A stretch of 36,827 nucleotides of DNA from NCBI GenBank assembly GCA_030615855.1, contig JAUWYL010000012.1:1-36827 (forward strand). The letters run 5' to 3'. Under the pieces are notes generated by a model. The model saw only the letters and a program-made list of their open reading frames with translations, was not told the origin of the DNA and did no database searches. This DNA comes from a bacterium (lineage in GTDB: Bacteria > UBP18 > UBA7526). The stretch's first letter is position 1. The number at the start of each line of letters is the position of its first letter. Positions 34,346 through 36,827 of the stretch are shown piece by piece. The position numbers and the translations under genes are program-made.

Positions 34346-35263
34346 TTATAACGTGCTTAATGTACGGATTGTCTTTTCTAATGATGACAAATTATCTACA
34401 TTCAGGATCTTGACTTCGCGAGTTATCCACTGGACGAGTTGGGAGAGGACCTGGCCCGGACCAACCTCGATGAAGGTATCCACTCCTTCAGAAAGCATTC
34501 GGCGTATGCTTTCTTCCCAGAGAACGGGCTTCGTTATCTGCTTTACTAATATTTCTCTTACCCTTTCTTTATTTCTTAGGTAGTCTGCATCGAAGTGGGT
34601 AATTAGAGGAGTCTTGGGTTTCTTTATTTCAATGGACTCTAAATAAGAGGCCAACTTTTTGGAAGCCTTCTCCATCAGTTTGGTATGTAGGGGACTGGAA
34701 ACGTTTAAGGGGACGGTTTCTAAGGCATCTTTCTTGGCCAAATCTATCGCTTTATCTAAGGCACTTTTCTCTCCAGATATGACGAACTGTTTGGGAGAGT
34801 TATGATTGGCAATTGCTGTTCCAGATAATCGACAAATCTCTTCTATTTCTCTCTTATTTAATCCGATGATGGCTACCATTCCTCCAGGAACTTCCTGGAT
34901 CAATTCTCCTGCTTTCTTTGTTAATTTAAGCCCAGCCTCAAAACTCAAGGCTCTACTAGCCACTAAAGCAGTATATATCCCCAGGCTATGCTCTCCAATA
35001 ACATCAGAAGCGATTCCTCTCCCTTTCAATATCTGGTAAGTAGCGATACTTACTGTAAAGACCCCTAATTGGGCATTGAGGTCTTTATTTAACTCTTCTT
35101 CTGGCCCTTCAAAAGAGACTCTCGCTAAATCGAAGCCAAGAATCTCATCTGCTCTCTGAAATATCTCTCTTGCTTCTTTAAAATCATCATAGAACTCCTT
35201 CCCCATCCCCACATACTGAGAACCCTGACCGGGAAAGAGAAAGGCAATCTTAGATTTTGGCAT
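34346..35263 (-). CDS. fabD: ACP S-acyltransferase, FabD family, atypical active site
   Basis: FPGQGSQYVGMG, EHSLG, PLHT, EVGPG.VL. Confidence 0.85.
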   Translation of the reverse strand: MPKSKIAFLFPGQGSQYVGMGKEFYDDFKEAREIFQRADEILGFDLARVSFEGPEEELNKDLNAQLGVFTVSIATYQILKGRGIASDVIGEHSLGIYTALVASRALSFEAGLKLTKKAGELIQEVPGGMVAIIGLNKREIEEICRLSGTAIANHNSPKQFVISGEKSALDKAIDLAKKDALETVPLNVSSPLHTKLMEKASKKLASYLESIEIKKPKTPLITHFDADYLRNKERVREILVKQITKPVLWEESIRRMLSEGVDTFIEVGPGQVLSQLVQWITREVKILNVDNLSSLEKTIRTLSTL

Positions 35264-36104
35264 AAGTGGTCTTGCTCACTCCAGGAACAAGGACCTTCCT
35301 GGCTGTTAGAAAATAGATGCCCTGGGCCCAGAGATTGAAATAATTCGTCCAGAACCTGTCCATTCTTCTCTCTGGAGAGGTTGGCTTTCCGATGACTGTC
35401 TCTATTCTCTTGAAGCCTGCCTTCAGTAAGAACTCTCTCAATATCTCTGATGAGAAGTCATAGAGGTGCATGGGCGGATGGAAGAGGTTGCGCCTCACCC
35501 CAAAGAACCTCAAGAACCTCTCTGCCGATATACTCTGGGGGACCCTGATGGCTAAGAGACCATCCTCTTTTAAGATCCTTCTCGCCTCTTTTAAGACTTT
35601 TAAAGGATGAGGAAGATGCTCCAGGACATAGAACATAGTGACAACATCGAAGTAGTTATCGCTAAAATCTGTCTTCTCTAAAGAGCCTTGCCTAACATTC
35701 AATCCCTTACTCTGGGCATACCCAACCGCTTTCTTAGAGATATCTATACCAAAGAGTTCCCATTTTTGGGGGTCCCATAACTCCAAGAATAGTCCCAATC
35801 CACATCCCATATCTAATAATTTCCCAGAAGAATATTTTCTCTCAATGTTTCTTTTTGTTTCCTCATATACTCTTCCCATCAATCTCGACCATTGAGAAAC
35901 GCTCTCCTCATCAGTGGAAAAGAAGTCATCATAGAACTCTAAGAGGTCCTCTTCTCTTGGCCGGGGATTAAGATAGATGAGGCCGCATCTCTTACATTCA
36001 ACGATCTTAAAAGAATTCTCAACGGTTACTATCCTTGTATTATCTGCCCCACATAGACCACAACTGACATATTCTAAGGTTTTGTTATAATTCCATTTAG
36101 GCAT
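35250..36104 (-). CDS. Class I SAM-dependent methyltransferase with N-terminal Zn-binding cysteines
   Basis: CGLC..CKRC, LLDMGCGLG, FDVVTMFYVLEH; ATG 36104 (track extension to 36308 is repeat-derived). Confidence 0.88.
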   Translation of the reverse strand: MPKWNYNKTLEYVSCGLCGADNTRIVTVENSFKIVECKRCGLIYLNPRPREEDLLEFYDDFFSTDEESVSQWSRLMGRVYEETKRNIERKYSSGKLLDMGCGLGLFLELWDPQKWELFGIDISKKAVGYAQSKGLNVRQGSLEKTDFSDNYFDVVTMFYVLEHLPHPLKVLKEARRILKEDGLLAIRVPQSISAERFLRFFGVRRNLFHPPMHLYDFSSEILREFLLKAGFKRIETVIGKPTSPERRMDRFWTNYFNLWAQGIYFLTARKVLVPGVSKTTYAKI

Positions 36105-36113
36105 GGCACCCCA

Positions 36114-36339
36114 GTTAGGTGAGTTAGGTAAGTTAACTTTTGTATTTTCCCGTCTTTCGGTATACGTTGAAGGGTTGCGCCCGCCTTCCATAGTAATACT
36201 ATTACGGCGGACAGGCTGCTCGTTACGTTTTACGTTAATCAGTTGCGTTTTGTTACGAATGACGATAGACGACGGCCGAAACGAGCTTCGCAACCGCAAT
36301 CCGACCACCTACGGTGGATGGATTGACGATGGACGGCGA
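36114..36339. repeat. Patchwork of arrays (GTTAGGTRA, CGTT-core, GACGATR) with palindromes at 36180-36215 and 36298-36324
   Basis: Read directly. Confidence 0.75.
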
Positions 36340-36364
36340 ATTTACAAAAGTCTAGTTCCGAACT

Positions 36365-36826
36365 TTATTTTACTGGCTTGAATATCTGTATTCTATGATT
36401 GTAGGTATCGCTTACATAGATGTTTCCTGTTCTATCTACGGCTACTCCATAGGGCTTGTTGAATTCACCGGATAGAGAGCCTGGCTTTCCGAACTCGGTT
36501 AAGAACTTTCCTTTAGAATCGAAGACCTGGATGCGATAGTTCCCGGTATCTGCAACATAGACCTGGCCTTTATAACCTAAGGCAATACCACTAGGAGCAT
36601 AAAATTCTCCCGGACCTTTCCCCTTTCTTCCCCAGGCAAAGAGAAACTTCCCTTTAGGGTCAAACTTCTGGATTCTATTGTTATAGGAGTCAACGACATA
36701 GATATTTCCCAATCTATTAACAGCAAGATCAGAAGGAACTCTAAACTCCCCTTCCTTCTTCCCCTCTTCCCCAAAGGAGAGAAGGAACTTCCCCTGGGAA
36801 TCAAACTTCTGGATTCTATTATTCTT
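36365..36826 (-). CDS. NHL-repeat beta-propeller protein, 3' part (enters from window edge)
   Basis: Repeated IYV.D..N.RIQ.F...G.F...FG..G...GEF..P; frame is open to the window end (KNNRIQKFDSQGKFLLSFG...). Confidence 0.92.
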   Translation of the reverse strand, partial: KNNRIQKFDSQGKFLLSFGEEGKKEGEFRVPSDLAVNRLGNIYVVDSYNNRIQKFDPKGKFLFAWGRKGKGPGEFYAPSGIALGYKGQVYVADTGNYRIQVFDSKGKFLTEFGKPGSLSGEFNKPYGVAVDRTGNIYVSDTYNHRIQIFKPVK

Positions 36827-36827
36827 A

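Noticed and set aside
36105-36308. N-terminal extensions in the ORF track (also 6083-6196, 20441-20530, 21820-21867, 26777-26836)
   Set aside because: They read through repeats, neighbouring genes or tRNA-Asp; family homology and RBS point to downstream starts

Overview
Chromosomal, gene-dense window from a probable anaerobic, outer-membrane-bearing bacterium (Rnf complex, SurA/PpiD chaperone, BamA-like barrel); taxonomy cannot be fixed from the sequence. Almost all genes are on the minus strand. It holds an rnfCDGEAB operon followed by flavin reductase, amrB, amrS, archaemetzincin and apbE; tsaC-arginine phosphatase-rpiB; an uncharacterised OB-fold/TctA-like/metal-dependent hydrolase trio; purB-cysteine hydrolase-purH; a PTS IIA-CBS-transporter-patatin-csp run; tRNA-Asp, -Phe and -Thr; a peptidase/beta-propeller/BamA-like fusion; and a type II FAS/PKS-like cluster with one active KS, one catalytically dead KS (CLF-like) and an atypical FabD. 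The most unusual signal lies outside the gene annotation. Most larger intergenic gaps, and variable loops of at least four proteins (purH alone carries five arrays), hold short degenerate 7-13-nt tandem arrays with different units. These are usually arranged as inverted arm pairs, often nested, and repeatedly interrupted by small GC-rich palindromes. A partial four-helix-bundle gene sits next to one such arm at the window edge. All family calls come from motif recognition by eye; no searches were run.
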